A stretch of DNA of 63,254 nucleotides, filler included, from Octopus bimaculoides (GCF_001194135.2; 8 parts of 8 records of this genome joined end to end with filler, not necessarily neighbours in it), one strand, 5' to 3'. Positions 1 to 12,810 are shown, numbered from the whole stretch's first letter. Notes: a model not told the origin generated them from the letters alone. Made by a program: numbers and translations.

Positions 1-1497
1 ATATATATATATATATACATAATGTATATGATAGACTCTCTTGTCGATTTCGACGTATTAAGATGTGACAACGTATACTTTCTTTAACGGTTTTAATTCT
101 TATGCCGAATGAGACATTTCAGCCCTGCCAAAGACTTGCAGAAAAGCCCGCTGATGTGTCAAGTATGAGGATTACGGGACAGGGGCTGGCAGGATATTTT
201 GCAGCCGCTTTTCGTCTTTGCATTGCACCCCTAAGCCTGGATTCGACGATCTCCATTTTGCTCCCAGGTTGTTTGCTCGAAGGTACTGTGACTTATGTAT
301 AAAGAATATGAACGGTTTAATATTATCATATATATACCCCCTTAAGCTAGGCATCTATTTTTAGCTATCCCTACTGACCACTGACCACACTTAATCTAGA
401 TTTCATCTGTTTAATTAACAGATATAAATATTTTCGTCCTTAAATTTATTGAAAACCTTAACACGTGACCTCTGACCCTGAAACTAAACCTACGAACGAT
501 AAGACTGTCATCTCATCTCAATCTTTATTCTTTTTTATTTTTATTCCTTTCATTCTTTCGTTTTTGATTTCGTTCTCATCCATTCTTTCCCGCACCTATC
601 TCGTTCCTGTCTTTGGTTCATATATCAACCGAAATAGAATTAGTTGAGGTAGTGTGAGTATATATATTAATGATGTCAAAATTTGGCAGTTTCCATGTGA
701 TTGTCGAGGTCTTGTTGCAAACTGGAAATGGGTCAGGCAAGTATTTTTTTTAGTAGCTTAATTTATAGCGAAAACTAAACATATTGCCATTAATTTAATT
801 ATACTGAAACATATTCTACTCCAGATCTGCCAGTATAGTTGTACCAGTAACCTGCCAGGGTCCAGGCTGAATGCGGTGGCCTAGAATTAATGAAAATAGA
901 GGATCTCCTTTGCATAGTATTAATAAAACATGATAGAGCCTTAACAACTTGAGATTATCATGAATTTCTCCGAAAACGTCTCTCACTCTGATCCTTGTAT
1001 CAGATGAGATGAACCTCATACGCATCCATGAAAATTACGTCATATACAGCCGAGTCAAGCTATGGTTTTATACACATACACAAACACACACACTCACATG
1101 TATGTATACATTTTGGGGGCCATTATTCACATAAATATTTATATAAACTAAATTTACTTTGAGGTGGACTTAGGTGACAATTACCTGAACTGTGTTGATT
1201 TCAGCGATACAATGCGAAGCGAACGAATGTAAGTCTTTTACATACCAATATAGAGACATGCATTTATACATAAAGTAGGTGTAAAGACACAGAGAGGGAA
1301 AGAGAGACGCCAGAGACAGAGGTGTACAGATAAGTATGTTCATAGATAGTTTTGTAGATATGTAAATATGAGGATAAATAAATACAGAGGTAGAGACAGA
1401 AGAAGCTAGGAAAATTGATGGAAGAACGTAGATAGATATATAGATAGATAGATATATAGATAGATAGATGGAGAGAGAGGGAGAAAGAAAGAAAGAT

Positions 1498-1536
<39 letters not shown>

Positions 1537-2079
1537 GACAAAGAAGGGGAGAGACAGAGAGAGTGAAAGAGAGAGAGAGAGAGATTGACACGCACTAGAT
1601 GAAAGCCATCCCTGAAATTCAAAACAGTATAATTTATGGCTGTTAAAATGTTGACTAAGTGTAGAATGGATATAATATGTTACTTTGATGAGAAACTATG
1701 AAAAAATATTATTATTCATAACCTAAATTTTATTAGATTGCTCTTTGGATAGTTTATATTAAGTGGTGTATGATGAGGATATTTAATTCGAATTATACGT
1801 ATAAGCTACTGAATGTATTTTCCATCTATTTTGGTTTTAATATTTGCGATTAAATTTAAGTGGACAAATTTGATTGAAATTGAAATTTTATTATAATCTT
1901 TTTAGAATATTACATAGTTTTCAGGTAATTTTATCAATTTGGTAAAATAATGTCAAAATGAACGTGAATATGTATATGTGCGTGCGTGTTTGCATGTTTA
2001 TATATACATATATATATATATATATACATACATACATACATACATACGTATATATCTATATGTATATGGTGGATACGCG

Positions 2080-2111
<32 letters not shown>

Positions 2112-2755
2112 TTTATATATATATATATATATCAGACACGCACACACGTATTGATAGAGAGACGTAGCAAGGAAGAGAACAAGGTATGTCCATAAACGTG
2201 CTTTCTCCGTCCCACACACAAATACACACACACACACACACATAAACATGTATTCTGATATATATACACGCACACACACGCATACATACATACGTTTGTC
2301 TGTTTGTAATGTTCCATCGGTATATCAAAAGCTTATAGAGGCTGACTATGTTTGTGCTTGACTAAATGCGACATGCTGATGACGATGTGTAGTAGTAAAT
2401 TTTTAATGGTTATATTATAATGGGGGTACCTCTACGATGATGGACATCGAGCTGCAGTTGACTATTGTTAACGGTTGATATTAATATTACTACACTCATA
2501 TCTCATAATTGAATGATATACTTCTTATACTGAAATACATCATTCCTTTATAGATCTATAGATATTGCTGGTAATGTATTTCGAATACTATTTTAAAAGA
2601 ATATCTCTTATTTTCCTCAACCGAATACACAAAATTATCTGTGTGTGTGTTTATGCGGGTCTCTTGCTTAGTACACACACACACACGCGCGCACACCACC
2701 ACACAAAGACACGCATACACACACATATGCGCGCACACACACACATACACACATA

Positions 2756-4000
2756 TGAGGCTGAGTAAACAGTAAGCAACGTTATGAAACATGAAATATA
2801 TTTCAGCAATGCGGAAATTGTGTTCATCAAATTAAGTAACATTGCCATTAACACGTTTTTGCCAACGGGTTACAAGTCTGTTTATTCTGGTAACATAAAA
2901 ATATGGAGTTCTGGAGCTGATGAACTTTTTGAACGCCCTTCAAGCATCGGTTTAATTTTTGAAGTCCTTCCCTCGCAGGAAACCATCAAGGTGTTTGAAA
3001 AGGTGGTAGTCGGTAGCAGAGAGGTCCAGGGAATATTCTGGGTGGGGAAGAACTTCGTAGCCAGCTACCCTCAATTTCTGGAGTGTCAATAGTGAAACGT
3101 GTGGTCAAGGATTGTCATGAAGAATGACTGGCCCTCTTCTATTGACCAGGTGGAGTAGCAGTTTTACGTTCATTTTCGCAATTTCATGGTAATATGTTTG
3201 TGCAGTAATGGTTTCCCCGGGTTCTAAGAAGTTATAGTAAATGAGTCCAGCAGTACACCACAAAACTGTCACCATAGCCTTTTTTTTAAAGCGCTCAGGT
3301 TCAGAGAATGTTTTCGAGCTTCATTTTGGTTCAACCACTGCAAAAAAACATATTTTATTATTGTACAGAATCCACTTTTCATCACATGTTACAATACTGT
3401 CGAGAAATGGATCGGTCTGGAAAAGCGACGGGCTAATTTCATATCTGCACATTTACTGATTTTCCATTCAAATCGGCTGGCATCCATTTGTCGAGCACTT
3501 TTGATTTTCCGATCGCATGCAAATGGTTGCAGGCAGTTTTCGGGCTAACCCGAAGTTCTTTTGCCAGTTCTCGAGTGGTTTTACGTGGATCAATCTCAAT
3601 GAGGGTCATTAATTCACCGTCACCGATTCCAGATGGGCATCCACTACGCTCATGATCTTCAAGGCTCAGGTCTTCACTGCGAAATCCTTTAAACCATTTT
3701 CCAGCTATTCACTCACCGGTCATTTCCTCACCAAACATTTCGTTGATATCGTGAGTGGTTTCATCTGTCTTACGTCCTTTCCTGAAGTTAAATAACAAAA
3801 TTGCTCGAATATTGCGCTTTGACAGTTCCATTTCAGATGATTGCAGCAACAGTGAAAAGAAGTATCAATGTTAATTTATTGATGAATTTAGGCAAGTCTA
3901 TGACCGTATTATCAGACAATTGCAAAGAAAATGTTTAAAAAATATTCAGAACTCTGCAAAAATCCGTTACAAAACGTTGCTTACTTTTTACTCAGCCTGA
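2756..4000 (-). mobile_element. Full-length, inactivated mariner (Tc1/mariner DD34D, Hsmar1/cecropia-like) DNA transposon
   Basis: 28-bp TIRs read directly: 2756-2783 TGAGGCTGAGTAAACAGTAAGCAACGTT and 3973-4000 AACGTTGCTTACTTTTTACTCAGCCTGA (2 mismatches). TA lies at 2754-2755; the right flank reads GA. Total length 1245 bp, typical of mariner. Confidence 0.93.
2824..3831 (-). pseudogene. Mariner transposase pseudogene (frameshifts and in-frame stops)
   Basis: Manual minus-strand translation across frames: MELSKRNIRAILLFNFRKG...LEDHERSGCP...PRKTTRELAKEL...DKWMPADL (WVPHEL-like)...FLDSIVTCDEKWILY...GLIYYNFLEPGETIT...GPVILHDN...YEVLPHPEYSLDLSATDYHLFKHLDGFL...TRWQK. All three catalytic Asp motifs are recognisable. 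Confidence 0.93.
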
Positions 4001-5190
4001 GATAAACTTTTGTTTATTCACCAGAAGTGCTAAATTACAGGACTCCTTACAAATGCAATATAACTGAAAGACTTTCATTTCCAATACTCAGATTGCTCAT
4101 TTCCGATCATCAGCCGGTAAACTGAACTTGGTTTTCTTTTCAAATATCTACTGTATGAATAGATTTTGAAATATGAAAAGAAAGTTTGAAGGTAACGCTT
4201 ATCATTGTGTTGATTCGCTTAAAGACCTTTGTGAACCTCACGTGCAAAAACGTCTGCTTCAAACTCGGGCTTCTGATTTCATTTCTGGTTCACGTGATAA
4301 TATTATAAACTTCGTATAATCGATAAAATTGAAATCATGAAATCGATTTGCTATTTCCCAAATCATATTTTTCAGTATTTTTTAAGTACTTAAATTTATG
4401 TCTTCAAAAAGAATTGTGTGTATGTGAATGTCAGTTCTGCCTGCGCCTGAGAAAGATGCATACATATATACATATGTACTGTCAATTTCAAGATATAATC
4501 GCGATAAAATAGTATTTGTACACTTCATTTTATGGCATAATCTCGAAAATATGACAGGTTCCCTACAACTCTAGTTCGAAAGCAAATTACGCAGCTTAGG
4601 GTGTGATAGTTAAAGAAGTGTATGAAAGAAATAGCAGAAATATTTGTGCACTACATATGTTTCAGAAGTGCATCGGAGGTGTATCATGTAACATTAAAAC
4701 TATTACATAATTTTACCATCTCTCTGATAATCAGTTGTCCACATGAGTCATAGAGAAATTAGATCTCTGAGACAGAAACGTTTCTTTCAAATATTTTATT
4801 TTAAAGTAATTAGCATTTATTCTTCCAACTGGCGAATACAACGCCAGTGAATTTTCAAATAGTTTTCATGTATCAATAACGAAGTGCTTTGTCACAGTAT
4901 GTGGTTGTCTGGGGATGCTTGCTTCAAACGAAACCAAAAGAGGCAGAGCTGCGAACTATCAATTCCACGAACGCTCTTCACTGATTTTCGTCTGCTGTGG
5001 TATATTTCTATGTTTTTCAACACCGTTCGTCTATAAGAGATATTAAGTGCAAATACTACACTTAATTACATTTTCTATGATGGATCTGCTTTACGTATGA
5101 TACGCAGATTGTTATATTTCTTAATATATTCAAATGAATCTGACATGTTTGTTTGTTAAAAAAAAATTCTATTTGCTTTATTGTACAGAT

Positions 5191-5436
5191 TTACTTTTCC
5201 TTTATCTTCTTTTGCTTGTTTCAGCCATTTGACTGCGGCCAAGCTGCAACACTGTTTTGAAGGGATTTAGTCGAACAAATCGACTGCAAGCCTTATTTTT
5301 GTAAAGATTAGTACTTATTCTATTGGTCTCTTTTGCCGGACCGTTAAATTACACGGACGTAAACACATCAAAACCGGTTGCCAAGTGGTAAAGCAGTGAC
5401 GAACACAAACGCAAAGACACACACGCACACGCACAC

Positions 5437-5517
<81 letters not shown>

Positions 5518-5677
5518 ACAGGCTTCTTTTCAGTTTCGGTCTACCAAAGGCACACAGAAAGCTTAGATGGGCCCGAAAGTATAGTAGTAGACATTTGACC
5601 AAGGTGCCACGAGTGGGACCGAACTCCGAACCATGTGGCTGGAAAGCAAACGTCTTACCGCATAGCCACTCCTGTGC
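5191..5677 (-). mobile_element. SINE family A (tRNA-like head, CORE-like segment, internal microsatellite; resembles octopus OR2-type SINE)
   Basis: Reverse complement matches the + copy at 24015-24426 end to end, with internal (CA)n(TA)n at ~5420-5514. The family name is recalled from the literature and not verified by alignment. Confidence 0.85.
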
Positions 5678-6745
5678 TTATGCTAGAATATACTCGGGAA
5701 ACATTTGTACATTTCAATATACTTATTAAATTGATTTTTATCTAGCATCTCTTCCCTGAAAATTAGTGTTATGCTGAAGGTTTGTTTTTGCTAAAATTGT
5801 TATTCAACATTAGCTCTAAAACAAATCTGATCTAATGAGAAATATTACGAGAAGTATCTTAACCATGGCCGGCCTACCCTTCTTCCTACGTAACATATCC
5901 AGGAATAAACTACCTGCTGTTTTTCATTCCTCTTTATAATGGTAGATTAGATTTTCTGTATGGCTCGATGCTCTTCCCATTAAAAGAAACACCGGTGATT
6001 GTCGTTAAGGTTGGGATAGAATGCGATAAAGGAAACAAGGATATAGGTGCATAAGTAATAAGAAGGGAGCACAGTGTCGTACGGCACAGCTTGACATCTG
6101 GTTGACTTTCATGATGAATCCATTCCTAATAAGAGCAATGGAGCGTTTTGTTCCCAAAATACGACGATACATCAGCGGCCTTAAACTCATGAAACAGAGA
6201 ATGGTGTTTAATAATTAAATAATTTGCAAATTTATACACACATGAATACAGACTCATGCACACAAATACACAAGCACCTTCGTAATCACGCAGATATATA
6301 TGTATGTATGTNNNNNNNNNNNNNNNNNNNNNNNNNNNNNNNNNNNNNNNNNNNNNNNNNNNNNNNNNNNNNNNNNNNNNNNNNNNNNNNNNNNNNNNNN
6401 NNNNNNNNNNNNNNNNNNNNNNNNNNNNNNNNNNNNNNNNNNNNNNNNNNNNNNNNNNNNNNNNNNNNNNNNNNNNNNNNNNNNNNNNNNNNNNNNNNNN
6501 NNNNNNNNNNNNNNNNNNNNNNNNNNNNNNNNNNNNNNNNNNNNNNNNNNNNNNNNNNNNNNNNNNNNNNNNNNNNNNNNNNNNNNNNNNNNNNNNNNNN
6601 NNNNNNNNNNNNNNNNNNNNNNNNNNNNNNNNNNNNNNNNNNNNNNNNNNNNNNNNNNNNNNNNNNNNNNNNNNNNNNNNNNNNNNNNNNNNNNNNNNNN
6701 NNNNNNNNNNNNNNNNNNNNNNNNNNNNNNNNNNNNNNNNNNNNN

Positions 6746-6809
<64 letters not shown>

Positions 6810-7039
6810 ACCTCATTACAATATCACAAATCAAGAGAATAGCATACACTATAAAATATAGAGCAGTTATTTATTTGTGTATAGGTAACGTGATTTTAGA
6901 AAAATACCATTGGCTTCATATCTTTCGCGAACTAGACAGCTCTTCAGTTTCTCTAAACAGTAACCGTTCTCTGCAAAGAATGTTTGTTTTAAAATGCAAG
7001 AACGCCACTCATAGTTCAAGAAATAGTCCTCTTTGAAAA

Positions 7040-7650
7040 TATGGCCGGGCGAGTTGTCCTCCTTCGCAATTTTGAAGTAAGAATTTCCGAAAATGTGGAC
7101 AACTCCCCACGGCTTCTGTTCTGGAGTTAAAGTAGCCTTTTGGCTCATGTGAGTTCATGAGAATTATAAATCTTTCTGCCATGGCGTATGATCGTCTTTT
7201 AGGCGCCATACGTATGATGTGAGTGTTGTTGTGTTGCGTCTCTCCAGGACACTGAAAGAAGATCTGTGGATGTTCAGGTGAATTTTAAATGTGAATTCAC
7301 AAGATCCGACATATACTTTAGTTTGTGTCCCTGTGATGGCATTGATGTTACTGATAATTGTGCTACTCCTGTTTGAGGCTACCTTTGCTTGGTACACTAT
7401 AGCCTCGGTGTTACACGGCATGTCCATTGCATAGTGTGGGTGCATTTACATAGCGTAGGAGGTTGATAGTGCAACCGAATTTAAGTGAAGTTCATGGTGG
7501 GGGGAGTTGAGAAATTCTGATCGAGGTGAGTAAGGGAGTCAACTGATCTGTAACAATGTTCTTGAGAAGATAGCTTACTGAGTAAGTCGTATTTAAGAGT
7601 GGGGACAGTTGCATTTGTAGGTGCAGGAACAGCTTTGTGCTAACGTGAAA
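7040..7650 (-). mobile_element. Penelope-like element, decayed GIY-YIG endonuclease C-terminus
   Basis: ORF 7164-7445: PCNTEAIVYQAKV...KVYVGSCEFTFKIHLNIHRSSF...TTLTSYVWRLK. Downstream frame: FIILMNSHEPKGYFNSRTE...SCPHFRKFLL. This matches the PLE GIY-YIG layout. Confidence 0.8.
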
Positions 7651-9551
7651 ATATTTGCAGTTTGTAGTGAATGAATAATGTAAAAACTGTATAACTGTCA
7701 GAATTTTTATGATTGAAAACAGAAAAAATATATAATATGGATTAACTTCTGAATGCATTTAAAAAATAAATAAAACTAGATTTAAATTGCATGGCTATCT
7801 AAAGGCAGTGCTAATGTGCTAATATCGGATGTAGTAGAAGGCGAAGTGAAAGTAGCATAACTACGTCACCAAGAGTAACATTCCTTGAAACAACGATCGT
7901 TGGTATTTCTTATTTACCTATGAGAATGTGTTTTTGTTCCCTGGGGTGGCATTAATCATTATGTAGAATCTTTGAAGAGTCTATGACCATCTCTGGAACA
8001 TAAGTGATGTTTGTTCCCAGCATGAATAAAATCGATTGCAAAAATATTGATTTTAAGGGAGATCAAGTAAATGAGCTGTACAAACACACATCTTCCATTT
8101 TATTAAATATATATATATATATATATATANNNNNNNNNNNNNNNNNNNNNNNNNNNNNNNNNNNNNNNNNNNNNNNNNNNNNNNNNNNNNNNNNNNNNNN
8201 NNNNNNNNNNNNNNNNNNNNNNNNNNNNNNNNNNNNNNNNNNNNNNNNNNNNNNNNNNNNNNNNNNNNNNNNNNNNNNNNNNNNNNNNNNNNNNNNNNNN
8301 NNNNNNNNNNNNNNNNNNNNNNNNNNNNNNNNNNNNNNNNNNNNNNNNNNNNNNNNNNNNNNNNNNNNNNNNNNNNNNNNNNNNNNNNNNNNNNNNNNNN
8401 NNNNNNNNNNNNNNNNNNNNNNNNNNNNNNNNNNNNNNNNNNNNNNNNNNNNNNNNNNNNNNNNNNNNNNNNNNNNNNNNNNNNNNNNNNNNNNNNNNNN
8501 NNNNNNNNNNNNNNNNNNNNNNNNNNNNNNNNNNNNNNNNNNNNNNNNNNNNNNNNNNNNNNNNNNNNNNNNNNNNNNNNNNNNNNNNNNNNNNNNNNNN
8601 NNNNNNNNNNNNNNNNNNNNNNNNNNNNNNNNNNNNNNNNNNNNNNNNNNNNNNNNNNNNNNNNNNNNNNNNNNNNNNNNNNNNNNNNNNNNNNNNNNNN
8701 NNNNNNNNNNTATATATATATGTATATATATATAAATATATATATATACGTGTATGTGTGCGTGCGTGTGCGTGCGTGTGTGCGTGTGTGATTGTGTTTG
8801 TCTTCCTGTCACTTGAAATCCGCTGTCAGTTTCTATAAAAATATATCAATGTTCTTTCCAAGCCAACGGCTTATAAGGCCGGTTTCACATAGGATTCGGT
8901 CCCTTGCATGATTATTAATTAAAAAAAAAATTGTAGCTGAGTGTAATGCGGCAACGTGAAAAGAAGTGCTTAATTCACAAGGCATTATACACGTGTATAA
9001 TGCATTCACCAGTACGCGACGTCGACGGAATAAGTAGCAAACATTGAAAATACAATATTCACAGGGAACCGGGTCGATATGTTCGCCAAAATCATTTCTT
9101 GGCAGTGCCGTAGCAGTCTTACTCTTGACACAAATAAAGCAATAGAAGTGCATATTATTCACAATTTGGTATTTATAATTGAATAAACTCTGTTTTTATC
9201 TCCAGTGTAAGTGAAAAATAATGTACAATGTGTGATTTTAACGTGAATAAACTGTTTCAACTGTCAGTATATTTTAGTTTTACGTTAGTTTTTCTTGACA
9301 ACTTAGATATTTAAAAAAAAATAACATTCTAAGATACTATTTCACATCCGAATGATACACTGTTGATACATGTGTAAGTATTTGAGATAAGAGACTGATA
9401 AATTATTTGTTTTTGTTAGTAGCATTTCGTTACATTTCAAGTTAAATGCGTTCAGAGATAATCTTTTTGTTCAATGAATACAAAAAAACGTGCAGGCAAC
9501 ACATTTGCTCAAACAAGCAGAAATAAAATGATGTCTTATTAATCTGTTATA

Positions 9552-9980
9552 TTTTATTCGTTTCATACTGCGACCATGCTGGGGCACGCCTTGAAAAGGT
9601 ACAGTTGAATCAATCGACCCAGGAATTATTATATTTTTGTAAAGCCGGCTACATATTATAGCGGTGTCGTTTGCCGATCAGTTAAGTTACGGGAACATAA
9701 ACGCGCCAACACCGGTAGTTAAGTGTTGGTGAGGACAAATACAAGCATACAGAAAAGCACACACGTACACACACTCTCACAAACACATACACTCTCACAC
9801 ATACATACATACACACACACACGACGGGTTCTTTTAGTTTCAGTCAACCAAATCCACTCACAAATATTTGGTGGCCCCGAAGCTATAGTAAAAGACATCT
9901 GCCCATGGTTCCATGCAGTGGAATTGAACTCGGAACTATGTGGTTTGGAAGTAAACTTCTCGCCACACAGCCACGCCTGC
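9552..9980 (-). mobile_element. SINE family A, near-full copy
   Basis: Same head, body and tail as 24015-24426, with internal (CA)-type repeat at ~9760-9820. Confidence 0.85.
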
Positions 9981-11046
9981 CCCAATGAATACAAAACAAA
10001 AAGAGCAACGAACACAATTGCCTAAACAAGCAGAAATAGAATAATATCGATAAAACAAACTTGTATTGAAAAGAAAAAGAAAACGGCGTGAGAATTGTTT
10101 CAAAAATAAACGAAATATATTGATTTTTATCATAAAGAGAATGTCTCAATTTTGGGTGGTGAAACCAGCGAATTACTTCCACCCCGATACCTTCTTTTAT
10201 CGACCCCTGCAATCTAAAACTTACTTCAGTAGAATATGATCTCAGTAAGGAGCCGTGAGTACCTAATGAATAGTAGTTACTCCGTTGTATTGTAATGCTG
10301 TCAATCAACTTCTCGTAAAACAAGTACATTAATATAATAAAAGAATTGTTAACTGATTAAAATAGTAAAGAAAACAACTAATGATGAGATATTTTGTAAG
10401 CATGAAAAGACGTAAGAAGTATTATAGGATTCGAGAAAATTATTTAGATTACGCCAAATTAGACACGTTCGCAAGAAAAATTTTGACATATTTTTTACGC
10501 AACAACGACTTACAAACTGAAGCAGAATATTTACAATACATTAAACACAATGAGATAGGTGTATATTACGTATAGGAACAATAATATTGGCTGATATGAA
10601 CATAGAGACCAACTCAGAAAGAGGAAGTCACGACAGAAATATAAATATGAAATGGAGACTTTTAGTAATACTAAAGAAGGTGCAGAACAATTATAGGTGA
10701 TAAGACAGGTCAAATATGATCTCTAATTTTTACACGTGTTTATCTGTCTTTTAGTATACACATTCGTTATTAGCCACGGCGGCAGTATTAGGTCTTACAC
10801 GCAATCTACATACTTTACTTCACGTGAATATTTTGCAAGAAGCCACGATATCGTGTATAGACGTATAGTGCTAAAAAGGACAGGCGTATCAGTAGTGGCG
10901 TTGTGATTGTTAATCCCCGGGATATCTATCTATATGCGCGTCATCGTGCCCATCGATATAGGAACAGAGTGATCAATAAATCACTGGTGCCGCAGACACA
11001 TATACACCCCCCACACACGAATATATGTGAAATATATATATATATA

Positions 11047-11146
11047 NNNNNNNNNNNNNNNNNNNNNNNNNNNNNNNNNNNNNNNNNNNNTTAATTAATT
11101 AANNNNNNNNNNNNNNNNNNNNNNNNNNNNNNNNNNNNNNNNNNNN
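11047..11146. other. Artificial scaffold spacer N44-TTAATTAATTAA-N44 (also at 29489-29588, 38884-38983, 45945-46044, 56456-56555, 59942-60041, 61156-61255)
   Basis: Identical 100-bp layout seven times. The 12-mer gives stop codons in all six frames. Confidence 0.97.
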
Positions 11147-11177
11147 ATATATATATATATATATATATACATATATG

Positions 11178-11208
<31 letters not shown>

Positions 11209-11929
11209 CAATGCAAATAATACTGATAGTATGTACGGATATTTTATCCCTTAGTCGGTTACTACAATTGCTAACTCTCTCTCTCTCTCTCTCTCTCTAT
11301 AAATATATATATATATATTATATATTTATTTGTGTGTATATGTGTGTGAGTATGCGTGTGTGTGTTCCTATGTGTATGTGTGTGTTTGTGCATATACACA
11401 CATATAAGTATGTATATATATGAGTGTGTCCGTGTATGCATATGTTTGCGTGTTTATGCATGTGTACTCACGCATATGCTTATATACTAATGTAGCACCC
11501 GTCAAAAATGAAAATGTTTATTTTATTTGTTTCAGTAAACCGCCATTTCCTTTTTATGCTTCTAGCTGTGGTTTCGCAGCAATTGTCTCCAATTCACAAT
11601 TACCTTCGACCACATGTAACAATCTCCGCCTTCTTTCTGTAACTGGAACTGCATGACCTACTGTTTCTTTGTCTCTTGGCCTTGTGGCTTTGTCTTCTGT
11701 ATTTAAAAAGCACCTCTTCAGTTTCTTATCCTTACGCACTGCTTTTCTTACTCTCCATTATTCATGCTGATACACAAATTTCATTGTATTGTCTCCTCCT
11801 TCCTATATCTATACATAGAAGCTTCCTCTCTTTTTTTTCTTCGCTAGCAAAATTTGTATTCGCTTTTCTATCGTTTCTCAACTTCTCACACCTACACTTC
11901 AATGTTATATTCAGTTGCTTCTAATGCTT

Positions 11930-12005
11930 TTCCGTTCGTTTGTTCGTTCGTTCGTTTGTTCGTTCGTTCGTTTGTTCCTTCCTTCCTTCCTTCCTTCCTT
12001 CCGAC
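11930..12005. repeat. Compound (TTCG)n(TTCC)n microsatellite
   Basis: Read directly. Confidence 0.95.
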
Positions 12006-12584
12006 CTTCTGTCTTTGCGTGTTTCTTTCTCTCTTTCTCTCTCTTTTGTCTTTACTTTTCTCTCTTTTGCTCTCTCATCGCAATACCTCTCTATTTTTGA
12101 ATTTATCATGTTACTTTTTTTAAAACGATTGCAGCATCACAATTCCGTTTTCTACAGCTTAATCAGCCGATCCCTTCCTCTTTCACTAATTCATCTCTTC
12201 ATCCTGTTTATCTGGGTACCGGTACCTGAGTGCAATCGTCGCATGGAAATGCTGGCTATTTCATCTTCTCGAACTCTCCCTTCCTTAGTTTCTATAGAGT
12301 TTAAATGACATTAAGGATAAGATAGCGTAGTCGTTTAGAGGAAAGAGAACAGCTGGTTGCGAATGTTTTTTTCCTCACCAGGCGTCATCTGCACAGCAGC
12401 TGTTCTAACTTGAATCTAATTGACGAGATACTTAGACAGATACAAAAAGACTGGACAATATTTATGACTTTTTAAGAATCCCTTCAGATGTTTTGTAGAA
12501 TTTAGAGCCAACACTGAAAGTTACGGTGTTTCGTAAACGAATATGTCTTTGTAAATAGTGTGACTGAAGATAGAAAAATAGGTG

Positions 12585-12670
12585 CTTTCGCTCTATAAAT
12601 ACTCACAACGCCCGGTCTGGGAATCGAGACCGCGATATTACACCGCGAGTCCGCTGCACTAACCACTGGG

Positions 12671-12672
<2 letters not shown>
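12585..12672 (-). mobile_element. SINE family C, tRNA-like head fragment
   Basis: Minus strand reads TGCCCAGTGGTTAG (A-box-like) ... GGTCTCGATTCCCAGACCGGGCGTTGTGAG (B-box-like). No complete cloverleaf. Confidence 0.7.

Positions 12673-12730
<58 letters not shown>
12673..12730. repeat. (AT)n microsatellite
   Basis: Read directly. Confidence 0.98.
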
Positions 12731-12734
<4 letters not shown>

Positions 12735-12800
12735 CGTGACACAGAGTGTGACAAGGCTAGCCCTTTGAAATACAGGTACAACTGAAATAGGAAGAAAGAG
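12731..12800 (-). mobile_element. SINE family C, central fragment (related pieces at ~15478-15605 -, ~37786-37900 +, ~51665-51790 -)
   Basis: Shared motif GTGACACAGAGTGTGACAAGG, with similar degenerate text at the other loci. Confidence 0.6.
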
Positions 12801-12810
12801 TGGTATATGG

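Noticed and set aside
644-660. TGAGGTAGT, let-7-like start
   Set aside because: The match ends after 9 nt and there is no precursor hairpin.
11091-11102. Recurring palindrome TTAATTAATTAA (7 copies)
   Set aside because: Always centred in exactly 44+44 Ns, so it is a scaffolding spacer and not biology. Adjacency across these joins should not be trusted.
12600-12672. Possible tRNA gene (also heads at 24015, 16350, 33940-34040)
   Set aside because: A and B boxes only, with no closed cloverleaf, and they continue into dispersed-repeat bodies. These are SINE heads.
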